Positions 33,821-42,639 of a stretch of 42,639 nucleotides of DNA are shown here, piece after piece. The stretch spans positions 1 through 42,639 of the forward strand of contig CAZGVT010000003.1 in the NCBI GenBank assembly GCA_964529255.1, given 5' to 3'. Each line of letters begins with the position of its first letter. Positions within the stretch are counted from its first letter, which is position 1. A model generated the notes under the pieces. The model worked only from the letters and a program-made list of their open reading frames with translations, made no database searches and was not told the origin of the DNA. The DNA comes from an uncultured Alphaproteobacteria bacterium. GTDB taxonomy: Bacteria > Electryoneota > RPQS01. A program made the translations under genes and the position numbers.

Positions 33821-33856
33821 AAACCCCATCGTCGGATACGATGGGGTTTGCTTTTT
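33821..33856 (+). terminator. Rho-independent terminator after cpoB
   Basis: AAACCCCATCG-tcggata-CGATGGGGTTT (11-bp stem) followed by gcTTTTT. Confidence 0.8.
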
Positions 33857-33869
33857 CCGGAGGCCGGTG

Positions 33870-34931
33870 ATGACGATCAATGGAACGGAATTCTCTCGGC
33901 GCAGATGGTTCATTCTGCTCCTGCTCGGACTGCTCCTCGTCGTGTTCTTGTATATTATTTCCGATCTGCTGCTCGGCGTTATCGGTGGGGCTTTGCTTGC
34001 CGGCATGACCAACCCAATCCACCGGCGGCTGTTGCGGGCAACCGGGAACCGGAAATCGACGGCCGCGTTGATGGCACTGGCTGTCACAACGCTTTGTGTG
34101 ATCGTTCCTCTATCGCTAATCATCCTCATCCTGGTGTCGGATGCCTCGCGGCTGGCTGGCGAAGCGCGGGCATGGTTTGAGCCGCATCGTCCGGTATTCG
34201 ATGCAACCATCGCAGAGATCACGAGCGGCGGAAGTCTGTACTTCTTTGACTACGAGATACCGGTAACCGAATTGACCACGCGGCTCGAAGAATCGGCAGG
34301 CAAGATCAGTGAGTTCCTAATTGGATTGGTACAAAAAACAGCTGGTACAGTCGCGCGAGGTTTCCTGTTGCTGGCCATTACCATGTACTCACTGTTCTTC
34401 TTTTACCGCGACGGCGACAAGTTTTACGACTGGTTGAAGAGCGCACTGCCGCTCAGCCCCGATCAATCGGAGCGTTTGCTCAGTGATTTCTTCGCCACGA
34501 GCAGGGCCAGCTTGAAAAGCGTCGGAATTATCGGCGCAATTCAGGGCGCGCTCGGAGGATTGGCGTTCTGGTTCTGCGGGATCCCCGCTCCGATCTTTTG
34601 GGCGATACTTATGACGGTCGCTTCCGTCATCCCTGCGATCGGCGCGCAGATCATTCTCCTCCCTGCCGGCATTCTGCTCATCCTTGTCGGCAAAACAGCC
34701 TACGGCGCCGGATTATTGCTCTGGAGTTGGATTGTGATTGCCAACATCGACCAATTGTTGCGACCGTATCTCGTGCGCCGCGATGTCGATCTGCACGAGC
34801 TGTTGGTCTTTCTCACGACGATTGGCGGGCTTGCCACGTTCGGTTTTTTCGGCTTTCTCATCGGACCCGTGATCGCGGCGCTCTTGAAGTCGACGTTTCA
34901 GATCTATCACGAGGTCAATGTGTCCTCCTGA
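33870..34931 (+). CDS. AI-2E family transporter (PerM/UPF0118)
   Basis: Polytopic protein. The conserved C-terminal region is VIPAIGAQIILLPAGILL..NIDQLLRPYLV..LHELLVFLTTIGGLATFGFFGFLIGPVIAAL. ATG 33870 lies 6 nt after GGAGG. Confidence 0.85.
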   Translation: MTINGTEFSRRRWFILLLLGLLLVVFLYIISDLLLGVIGGALLAGMTNPIHRRLLRATGNRKSTAALMALAVTTLCVIVPLSLIILILVSDASRLAGEARAWFEPHRPVFDATIAEITSGGSLYFFDYEIPVTELTTRLEESAGKISEFLIGLVQKTAGTVARGFLLLAITMYSLFFFYRDGDKFYDWLKSALPLSPDQSERLLSDFFATSRASLKSVGIIGAIQGALGGLAFWFCGIPAPIFWAILMTVASVIPAIGAQIILLPAGILLILVGKTAYGAGLLLWSWIVIANIDQLLRPYLVRRDVDLHELLVFLTTIGGLATFGFFGFLIGPVIAALLKSTFQIYHEVNVSS

Positions 34932-35584
34932 GCGACAACTGGAGGCATGACCACTCCGCCGGACATCACCAGTTTGATCGCCTCGTCAACCGTCAGATCG
35001 AGATCGACAGCATACTCCGGCCGGATGATCACGGTGAATCCTGAAGTTGGATTCGGTGTGTGCGGCACAAAGACGGAGAGCAGTACGGTTGCATTGCGTT
35101 CCGGAAGTTGCCACGAGCGCGTGCTGGTCACAAAGCCGATGGACCAGGTGTAATCATTGGGAAATCTAATGGCGACCACTCGCTGAAAACTCGCGCGATC
35201 CGCGAATACCGTCTGGATAAATTTCGTTACTCCCTCGTAGATCGCGCGAATCACCGGGATTCGCGTCACCAGCCGCTCAAAAAAGTGAAACAGCCTGCGA
35301 CCAACGACGCGTCTCACCAGCGCACCGACAAGGGCAATCAGCACTATCGTGATCAAAAAACCAACGACATCGGCAAGCCATGAGATCACTCCCAGCCATT
35401 GTTCCGGAGCGGGTAGCGATCCCGCCAGTGTGCGCAGGTACGGCGATACGAATCCGCCAAGCGCCCGCACCACAATTAGCACGAGATAGACCGTGATCCA
35501 CACCGGAGCGAGCACGAGCAACCCGGTGACAAAGTTTTTGCGAAAGTGCGCCGACAGCGACTTTCCTGGAGTATTGCCGGACAT
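34907..35584 (-). CDS. DUF502 family membrane protein
   Basis: FVTGLLVLAPVWITVYLV, RIPVIRAIYEGVTKF, FVPHTPNPTSGF and TVDEAIKLVMSGG match the DUF502 pattern. The 3' end overlaps the convergent AI-2E gene by 25 nt. Confidence 0.8.
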   Translation of the reverse strand: MSGNTPGKSLSAHFRKNFVTGLLVLAPVWITVYLVLIVVRALGGFVSPYLRTLAGSLPAPEQWLGVISWLADVVGFLITIVLIALVGALVRRVVGRRLFHFFERLVTRIPVIRAIYEGVTKFIQTVFADRASFQRVVAIRFPNDYTWSIGFVTSTRSWQLPERNATVLLSVFVPHTPNPTSGFTVIIRPEYAVDLDLTVDEAIKLVMSGGVVMPPVVAQEDTLTS

Positions 35585-35606
35585 ATTCAGTCTCCGTTGA
35601 GCGGAA

Positions 35607-35632
35607 AGCCCGACTTGTATTCAAGCCGGGCT
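35607..35632 (-). terminator. Hairpin (possible attenuator/terminator) between ftsB and the DUF502 gene
   Basis: On the minus strand, AGCCCGGCTTG-aata-CAAGTCGGGCT (11 bp including one G-U) is followed by TTCC. The U-tract is weak. Confidence 0.4.
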
Positions 35633-35658
35633 CTTGTTATTGCACGGATCCGTAAACG

Positions 35659-37283
<1,625 letters not shown>

Positions 37284-37314
37284 TCAGAGTTCGGGTAGAA
37301 ACGGTTGAGAAGGG

Positions 37315-37343
37315 AATATACGAAAGCAAGAAGGAAAACGCAA
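37315..37343 (-). promoter_or_regulatory. Sigma70-type promoter of eno (TTGCGT-17 nt-TATATT on the minus strand)
   Basis: Reverse complement reads TTGCGT (37343-37338), a 17-nt spacer, then TATATT (37320-37315). It lies ~38 nt upstream of the eno ATG. Confidence 0.55.
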
Positions 37344-37362
37344 ACTGGAGAACCGCGGGCCC

Positions 37363-37671
37363 TCACTCCTCCTCAGGAGAACCCTCGTCTCCCGTTTGGC
37401 CCATCAGGGAGTCGAAAATGTCCAGCGCCCGCGCATGGTACTCGGCGGGGACCTGAATTCGCCACTGTTTGCCCGGACTGTCCGTGCCCATGACCACTCC
37501 CAGACCTCCCGCCGCAAGGTCGGTCTTCACGAGATTGGGAATCCCTTCATCGTCGAGCACCTCTGTGACCATCGCCACCCACAATCCGCCCTCCAGCGGA
37601 GGCAGGCTTACCCATTCGGTGTAACCGCGTGCCTCGCCGCCCGCGGGCTCAGGAATCGTTTGCTTGGTCAT
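37363..37671 (-). CDS. Small acidic protein, DUF2007-like (putative signal-transducing fold)
   Basis: W..l......a.l....L.deGIP...k... followed by ..IQVPAEYHARALDIF fits the DUF2007 pattern. ATG 37671 overlaps the yhaM 3' end by 23 nt. Confidence 0.4.
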   Translation of the reverse strand: MTKQTIPEPAGGEARGYTEWVSLPPLEGGLWVAMVTEVLDDEGIPNLVKTDLAAGGLGVVMGTDSPGKQWRIQVPAEYHARALDIFDSLMGQTGDEGSPEEE

Positions 37672-38650
37672 GATCGTCAATGGGTTGGAAGTAGAAAAAC
37701 CGTTCCATCAGCTTTACATATTCGGAGAATGGCTGTCCGGCAGGAGTCTGGCTGCGAACCCGCCGAATCGCATCAATGCGGCTGTCAATTTCGTCACAAT
37801 AATGCAGTACTATCGCTTCAAGAGTCATCGGCTTCACCGGCGAGCCCATCGTTCCGTCCCCTTGGTGCGAGAGGATCAGATGCAGCAACTGGCGGCGAAT
37901 CTCGGCCGGGAAATCCGGCACAGCAGCCATTTGCTTCTCGACGAACAGCGTTCCCTGCGTGATGTGGCCAAGCAGCCGCCCCTCAACAGTATAGTCAATT
38001 GCAATTTCCGCCCCAAGCTCGAAAACTTTTCCTATATCGTGCAGAAGCGCGCCGGCGACGAGCAAGTCGCGGTGCAAGTCCGGATACAGCGGAGTGATCG
38101 CATCCGCCAGCCGCGCCAGCGACAACGTGTGTTCCGCCAGTCCGCCAATGGTAGCATGATGCCAAAGCTTGCCTCCCGAGGCCTGCAAGAACCGCGCAAG
38201 AAACTCCTGATCTCCGAAGATATTCTCAAGCAACGCGCGCAGCGGCGGGCTCTCCACCGTACCAACCATGCTCACCAGCCGGTGATGCAGCTCCTGTTCG
38301 CTGAGAAAAGAATGCGGAAGAAATGCGAGCCGGTCCGGAGCCTCCTCTGCGGTCGCCACGCGAACCCTGGAAATAATCAGGCCGGGAATGTCGCGATAGC
38401 GATCGGTGACGGCGTCGAGCTTGACGACGTCTCCCGCCTTCGCCTGCGACGCAAATTCTTCAAAGCCCTCCCACATTTTCGCATCGAGTGTTCCCGAGGG
38501 ATCCTGCAACTTCAGCTCAAGATAATTTCCACCCGACCGCTTGGGTTTCGATTCGATCTTTGTGAGCAAATAGAAGCCGATGACTCTATCACCGGCCGGT
38601 AGTTCACGAACACGCGCAAGAGGAATGGTGGTTTCAGGTGTACGAGACAT
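37649..38650 (-). CDS. yhaM: YhaM-like 3'-5' exoribonuclease (N-terminal OB fold + HD domain)
   Basis: OB-fold region VIGFYLLTKIESKPKRSGGNYLELKLQDPSGTLDAKMWE. HD domain HHATIGGLAEHTLSL..GALLHDIGKV..LSHQG. Confidence 0.8.
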   Translation of the reverse strand: MSRTPETTIPLARVRELPAGDRVIGFYLLTKIESKPKRSGGNYLELKLQDPSGTLDAKMWEGFEEFASQAKAGDVVKLDAVTDRYRDIPGLIISRVRVATAEEAPDRLAFLPHSFLSEQELHHRLVSMVGTVESPPLRALLENIFGDQEFLARFLQASGGKLWHHATIGGLAEHTLSLARLADAITPLYPDLHRDLLVAGALLHDIGKVFELGAEIAIDYTVEGRLLGHITQGTLFVEKQMAAVPDFPAEIRRQLLHLILSHQGDGTMGSPVKPMTLEAIVLHYCDEIDSRIDAIRRVRSQTPAGQPFSEYVKLMERFFYFQPIDDHDQANDS

Positions 38651-38657
38651 GAGTGAA

Positions 38658-39254
38658 TCAACTCACGTCGCCAACTTCCGAGAGAAGTCGCTTGATTTCA
38701 GAACAAAACCTCCTGAACGACGGGCCGTTTTGACATGCTGCGTCGATGTCAAGCCGGGCTGCAAATCGAGGCGCGTCATCTACGCCGGAATAGTTGCGCA
38801 AGTCGTCCATGTTGCGTTCCAGCTCCCGTTTCGCGTCTCGGATCGTCTCGATATTGGGCGGAGAAACCGCATTGGGCCGAATTCCGCAGACATCCCGCAA
38901 CGATTCTTTCGCGCTAAGAAACCATGCCTCGAATTCTCTTACCGCCGCGACGACAGAACATGGGTAGTGCCAGTTCGATCGTAACTCTTGCTGTAACGTT
39001 GTCTCAAGCGCAATGGGGTCGTCATCGTCCGAATCAAGTAGGAGCAAAAGCGCACAAGGCTGACGTGAGCTCTGGTATGCAAGCCTAATTCGTCTCTTTA
39101 GCTCGTCAGGTTTGACAATGCGGTTTCGGTACACTCGGTGAGTGGTGATTTGTAACTCGCCAACGTCCTCCACGCCGACGATTCGCCGTATCAGCCCCGG
39201 CAGTGCATTTACTTCCGTCTTGCCTTCCACAAGTACAATCAGCTGCTTTCTCAT
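38658..39254 (-). CDS. DUF4276 family protein (Toprim-like; candidate nuclease partner of the upstream ATPase)
   Basis: LIVLVEGKTE supplies the Toprim-type Glu and LLLLDSDDDD a DxD acidic cluster. EFEAWFLS is recalled as a DUF4276 hallmark. The start overlaps the ATPase stop (ATGA). Confidence 0.7.
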   Translation of the reverse strand: MRKQLIVLVEGKTEVNALPGLIRRIVGVEDVGELQITTHRVYRNRIVKPDELKRRIRLAYQSSRQPCALLLLLDSDDDDPIALETTLQQELRSNWHYPCSVVAAVREFEAWFLSAKESLRDVCGIRPNAVSPPNIETIRDAKRELERNMDDLRNYSGVDDAPRFAARLDIDAACQNGPSFRRFCSEIKRLLSEVGDVS

Positions 39255-40501
39255 GCAGTTTGTTCGGTTCCGGGGAAGAGCGGTCCAAAGAGATCAAAGT
39301 CCGAAATGGCGTCGGCAGCGGCATCTATTGCCAAGGTGAGCTCGTTAGAGCGCAGCAACTCCCCTGCATAAAAAAGACGGTCCCGAATTACATCGCGAAT
39401 AGCCGGAGTGACCGGGCCGACAAGCGTACGGCCTTGATTGTCCATCTCAACGACCCGCAAGAATGAATCTTCAACTTCTTTCAAGTCAATCAAGTCAGCG
39501 CTCTGAGTTGCAATGATGACCTGACGATCAAGAGATATTCCCTTCAGGACTTGGAATATGACCTCCGCCGCTCCGGGATGAATCGCTAATTCCGGATCCT
39601 CAATAGCGATCACAGGGTGATACCCGACTTGATACGCCGCAAGCAAAATCGCCAGAGACCGCAAGGTGCCCTCAGACATGTCGGCTGCCTGAAAGTTAAT
39701 GAGATGACCATTCCCATGCGACTTTTGGAACAACACCGTTTCCGTGGATGAACCGAGATCAAACTCCCCAGAAACCTCAGATCTCACCGACTCCACACGA
39801 CTCACACCAGAGACGATGTGCGACAAGAGGCTTCCAATCCGCTTATAGTATTCGCTACTCTCACTCTTTTCGCTGGCGATTTTACGAAGCACCGCGGCGG
39901 CGTTGCTCCCGTCGGATCGCAGATACTCACCGGAGTCAGGTACTTGCCACTTCCGAATCTGATCAGTCTTGAACGAGTAATAGCGCACATTTCTCAGAAT
40001 CTGAAGCACTGCGCCAAGATTGTTCCACCCCGAAAATGCGGTAACGAGACTAAGTTGGCCAGTGGATGCCAGTGGTTTCGTGCCGGTTGAGTTCTCTATG
40101 AACTCATTCCCGCATCGATAGTAGCCAAAGGCAGCAGTCTCCTGAGTACGTCGAACATAGCAGCGCTCCCGCCATGCCACTTGTGTGGCACTAAACGGAT
40201 CTGATTCGATCTCAAGACTGAAATCGGCCTGTCCGAAAATCGGTGAATCGCAGAGAATTCGGAATCCAAGCGGCCATCGGGCTCCGGCAACCCGGCAGTT
40301 TATCGCATCAATACCCCCAAAATCGCGCATAACATCAGCCGCATTTCTGTTGGCTATTTCGGAAACCATGCGCAGCGCATTCAGAAGATTGCTCTTCCCG
40401 GCTCCATTAGGTCCAACAAGAACAGTGAAAGGCTCAAGCATAACTCGAGCCCTTTCAATGCTTCTGAAATTCTGAATCCAGAATTCTCTGATTCTCGTCA
40501 T
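39251..40501 (-). CDS. ABC-type / AAA_21-like ATPase (SMC/RecF-like head, no fused effector domain)
   Basis: Walker A GPNGAGKS, signature-like MSEGTLRSLAIL, Walker B/D-loop VIAIEDPELAIHP and IIATQS at the H-loop position. The protein is 416 aa. Confidence 0.85.
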   Translation of the reverse strand: MTRIREFWIQNFRSIERARVMLEPFTVLVGPNGAGKSNLLNALRMVSEIANRNAADVMRDFGGIDAINCRVAGARWPLGFRILCDSPIFGQADFSLEIESDPFSATQVAWRERCYVRRTQETAAFGYYRCGNEFIENSTGTKPLASTGQLSLVTAFSGWNNLGAVLQILRNVRYYSFKTDQIRKWQVPDSGEYLRSDGSNAAAVLRKIASEKSESSEYYKRIGSLLSHIVSGVSRVESVRSEVSGEFDLGSSTETVLFQKSHGNGHLINFQAADMSEGTLRSLAILLAAYQVGYHPVIAIEDPELAIHPGAAEVIFQVLKGISLDRQVIIATQSADLIDLKEVEDSFLRVVEMDNQGRTLVGPVTPAIRDVIRDRLFYAGELLRSNELTLAIDAAADAISDFDLFGPLFPGTEQTA

Positions 40502-40505
40502 CGAG

Positions 40506-41717
40506 CTACAACCTATAACTCACCGTCAACACCGCCGCGCTCGATCGGATATCTTCCGTCAGGCCGTCAGTGACCTTCTCCGTATAGCTGGTCATGTGAT
40601 AGGCCGCGTCAAGCATAACGGAGCGATCCACCAGTACGCCCACGCCCAAAGTAAAAATGCTGCGGTCGTCTTCGCCTCCGGAATTCCGGAAATTGGATGG
40701 AGCAAAGCTATAACCGGCTCTGGCACGAGTGCCAAACGCGGGAAACAGGTACTCGCCGCCCAGACTCAAGCGAGTCGTCGATTGGTAATCGTCCTTGATT
40801 TGACGATTGGCTTCGGCCTCACTAACGTCCGTGAATGGCGTATGGCCGCGAAATTCCATCGCAGTCCAATCGCGATATTCCAAATCCGCAGCCGCAAGCC
40901 AGCGACCGGGACTCACGGAGGCGCCGAGGCGATAAACCGCCGGAAAGGTCATCCGATAGTCGATGTAGCCGTCGTCACTGTTGAACTGCCAATTCTCCTC
41001 GAACTTCATCGACATCGGAGTCTGGTACGTGACTCCGACTCGCGCAAAACGACCCGCGCGAAAGAGCCCGCCGACATTCGCGCCGAACGCGCGCATGTCC
41101 GTGTCAATCGTCTGCTCTTCGAGCCCAACGACCGCAAATTCCTCACCGATAAATGAGTACTCATCGCGCCCGGTCCAATACTGCAATCCCATGCCGAGCG
41201 CGAGATTGGGCGACACATCCACCGCCCCGGCCAGTGTCCAGAATCCCAACCGACCGGACTCCAGCTCATCAAACCAGTCGTAGCCCGAATTCCCGCCGGA
41301 GCCGCTGCCATCCACTCTCGTGCGCCGGTCAAATGCAGCCGCCTGTGCGTAGCCGACGGCAAAGCTCAACGCGCCTTGATAAACCGGAACGGGAAACACC
41401 ATGCCGATGTCGTTGATGCGCGTGCCACTCGTCTCGCCATCGTACGGACTGCCGAAGTAATCCGTATCATTTGCGTAGCCGGACCGCGCAAGCGACGCCT
41501 GCAGTTCGATCCGCTTGACTTGCGCGAGCCCGGCGGGATTCCACCAAACCGCAGAGAAGTCATCGGCGATTCCCGTGTACGTGCCTGCCATGCCCTGCGC
41601 CCGCGCGCCCGGCCCGAGATGCTGTCCGGTGGAAATCAGCAACCGTTCCGGCAACTGATCCTGAGCCGCCGCCGCCAATGCCAGGGACAGCAGTGTGATA
41701 TGAAGAATGTACTTCAT
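40506..41717 (-). CDS. Outer-membrane beta-barrel protein, FadL/PorV-like
   Basis: Signal peptide MKYILHITLLSLALAAAAQ. N-terminal GARAQGMAGTYTGIADDFSAVWWNPAGLA is typical of FadL/PorV-type barrels. Alternating beta-strand pattern runs to the C-terminus. Confidence 0.7.
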   Translation of the reverse strand: MKYILHITLLSLALAAAAQDQLPERLLISTGQHLGPGARAQGMAGTYTGIADDFSAVWWNPAGLAQVKRIELQASLARSGYANDTDYFGSPYDGETSGTRINDIGMVFPVPVYQGALSFAVGYAQAAAFDRRTRVDGSGSGGNSGYDWFDELESGRLGFWTLAGAVDVSPNLALGMGLQYWTGRDEYSFIGEEFAVVGLEEQTIDTDMRAFGANVGGLFRAGRFARVGVTYQTPMSMKFEENWQFNSDDGYIDYRMTFPAVYRLGASVSPGRWLAAADLEYRDWTAMEFRGHTPFTDVSEAEANRQIKDDYQSTTRLSLGGEYLFPAFGTRARAGYSFAPSNFRNSGGEDDRSIFTLGVGVLVDRSVMLDAAYHMTSYTEKVTDGLTEDIRSSAAVLTVSYRL

Positions 41718-41723
41718 CTGTTG

Positions 41724-42284
41724 TTATCTCCCGCGCCGACCACCGCGCTTGCCGTCATCGTCCTTCTTCTTCTCTTTTTGATCCTTCGGATCGGGCTGGC
41801 TCGGTGGTTGTGTCATCGGCGTTGATGGCGCCGGGGGTACATAGGAGCCGCCGCCCAGAGGAGGCGCATCACGTCTGCCGCGATCACGCGGACGCTCCGG
41901 CTCTCCCGGAATCCCTGGTCCACCCGGCCGGTACCACCACGGATCATAATATGGATAGTTCCACCATGGCACGGAATAGTAGTCGTAGTAGCCGTAGTAG
42001 GACCAGTAATAAGCCGGGTCGTAGTTGTAAAAGTCAAAGCCCCAGCGCGTGCGCGGACGGCCCCAATTGTACCAGCTATTGTCGTACTGCGGATAAACCT
42101 GATCGTCGTATTCCGGTTCGGTCAACGTCGTATCGATGGCCGTGGAATCGTAGCGATTGTACAGCGAATCGTACGGCCCACGCGCGGCGAGTTCCATGCC
42201 CGGTCGGTATAGTTTCGTGTAACAGCCGCCGGCAAGAATTGCCAATACGACTGCACCGGAAAGAACTAGAGTTGCGCGTTTCAT
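41724..42284 (-). CDS. Lipoprotein with extreme Tyr/Trp/Pro-rich core and basic tail
   Basis: Lipobox LAGGC. Core YNYDPAYYWSYYGYYDYYSVPWWNYPYYDPWWYRPGGPG. Tail KDQKEKKKDDDGKRGGRRGR. The stop lies 6 nt before the barrel gene start. Confidence 0.6.
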   Translation of the reverse strand: MKRATLVLSGAVVLAILAGGCYTKLYRPGMELAARGPYDSLYNRYDSTAIDTTLTEPEYDDQVYPQYDNSWYNWGRPRTRWGFDFYNYDPAYYWSYYGYYDYYSVPWWNYPYYDPWWYRPGGPGIPGEPERPRDRGRRDAPPLGGGSYVPPAPSTPMTQPPSQPDPKDQKEKKKDDDGKRGGRRGR

Positions 42285-42357
42285 GATCGTTGTGCTCTTG
42301 TTATGAGCTGTATACTTGATAGACTTATTTACTCTTTCAACCCGCCCGCGATTGCGG

Positions 42358-42639
<282 letters not shown>

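Noticed and set aside
34907-34931. 25-nt 3'-end overlap of the convergent AI-2E transporter and DUF502 genes
   Set aside because: This is common in compact genomes. No hairpin or conserved motif is visible in the overlap, so it is not informative on its own.
37363-42284. Defence pair and PIN pair considered as parts of a mobile genomic island
   Set aside because: No integrase, transposase, tRNA attachment site or flanking direct repeats occur anywhere in the window. Only a mild AT shift supports foreign origin.

Overview
GC-rich bacterial chromosomal window with about 40 tightly packed genes. I found no rRNA, tRNA, CRISPR array, transposase or integrase. A T9SS-type C-terminal sorting domain, a C25 (gingipain-like) peptidase, a FadL/PorV-like barrel and a full Tol-Pal cluster suggest an uncultivated diderm of the FCB-superphylum type; this placement is inference. 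Layout: (i) 1-10984, two divergent genes, a C25-like peptidase (minus strand, absent from the ORF track, runs off the window) and a roughly 2450-aa T9SS-sorted surface protein made of three super-repeats. Both carry a module whose motifs resemble the eukaryotic NIDO domain. (ii) 11062-16024, minus-strand housekeeping genes (DinB-like, SAM methyltransferase, S9 peptidase, SpmA/SpmB-like). (iii) 16339-28227, an isoprenoid/Fe-S/cytochrome c maturation stretch (ispG, Nfu, ccsB/ccsA, dxs, ispH, lipA, A-type carrier), interrupted by an AT-richer PIN toxin pair, a cupin, a SWIB-like basic protein and a BNR propeller. (iv) 28340-29220, two orphan small genes flanking a structured repeat-bounded spacer. 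(v) 29329-33787, tolQ-tolR-tolA-like-tolB-pal-cpoB. (vi) 33870-42639, AI-2E permease, then a long minus-strand array (DUF502, ftsB, eno, DUF2007-like, YhaM-like OB/HD nuclease, DUF4276, ABC-type ATPase, barrel OMP, Tyr/Trp-rich lipoprotein, argF fragment). The best candidate for an undescribed system is the translationally coupled ABC-type ATPase + DUF4276 (Toprim-like) pair at 38658-40501. It resembles a split OLD/PARIS-like module and is fused without spacers to a YhaM-like HD nuclease gene. All domain calls come from motif recognition by eye; no searches were run.
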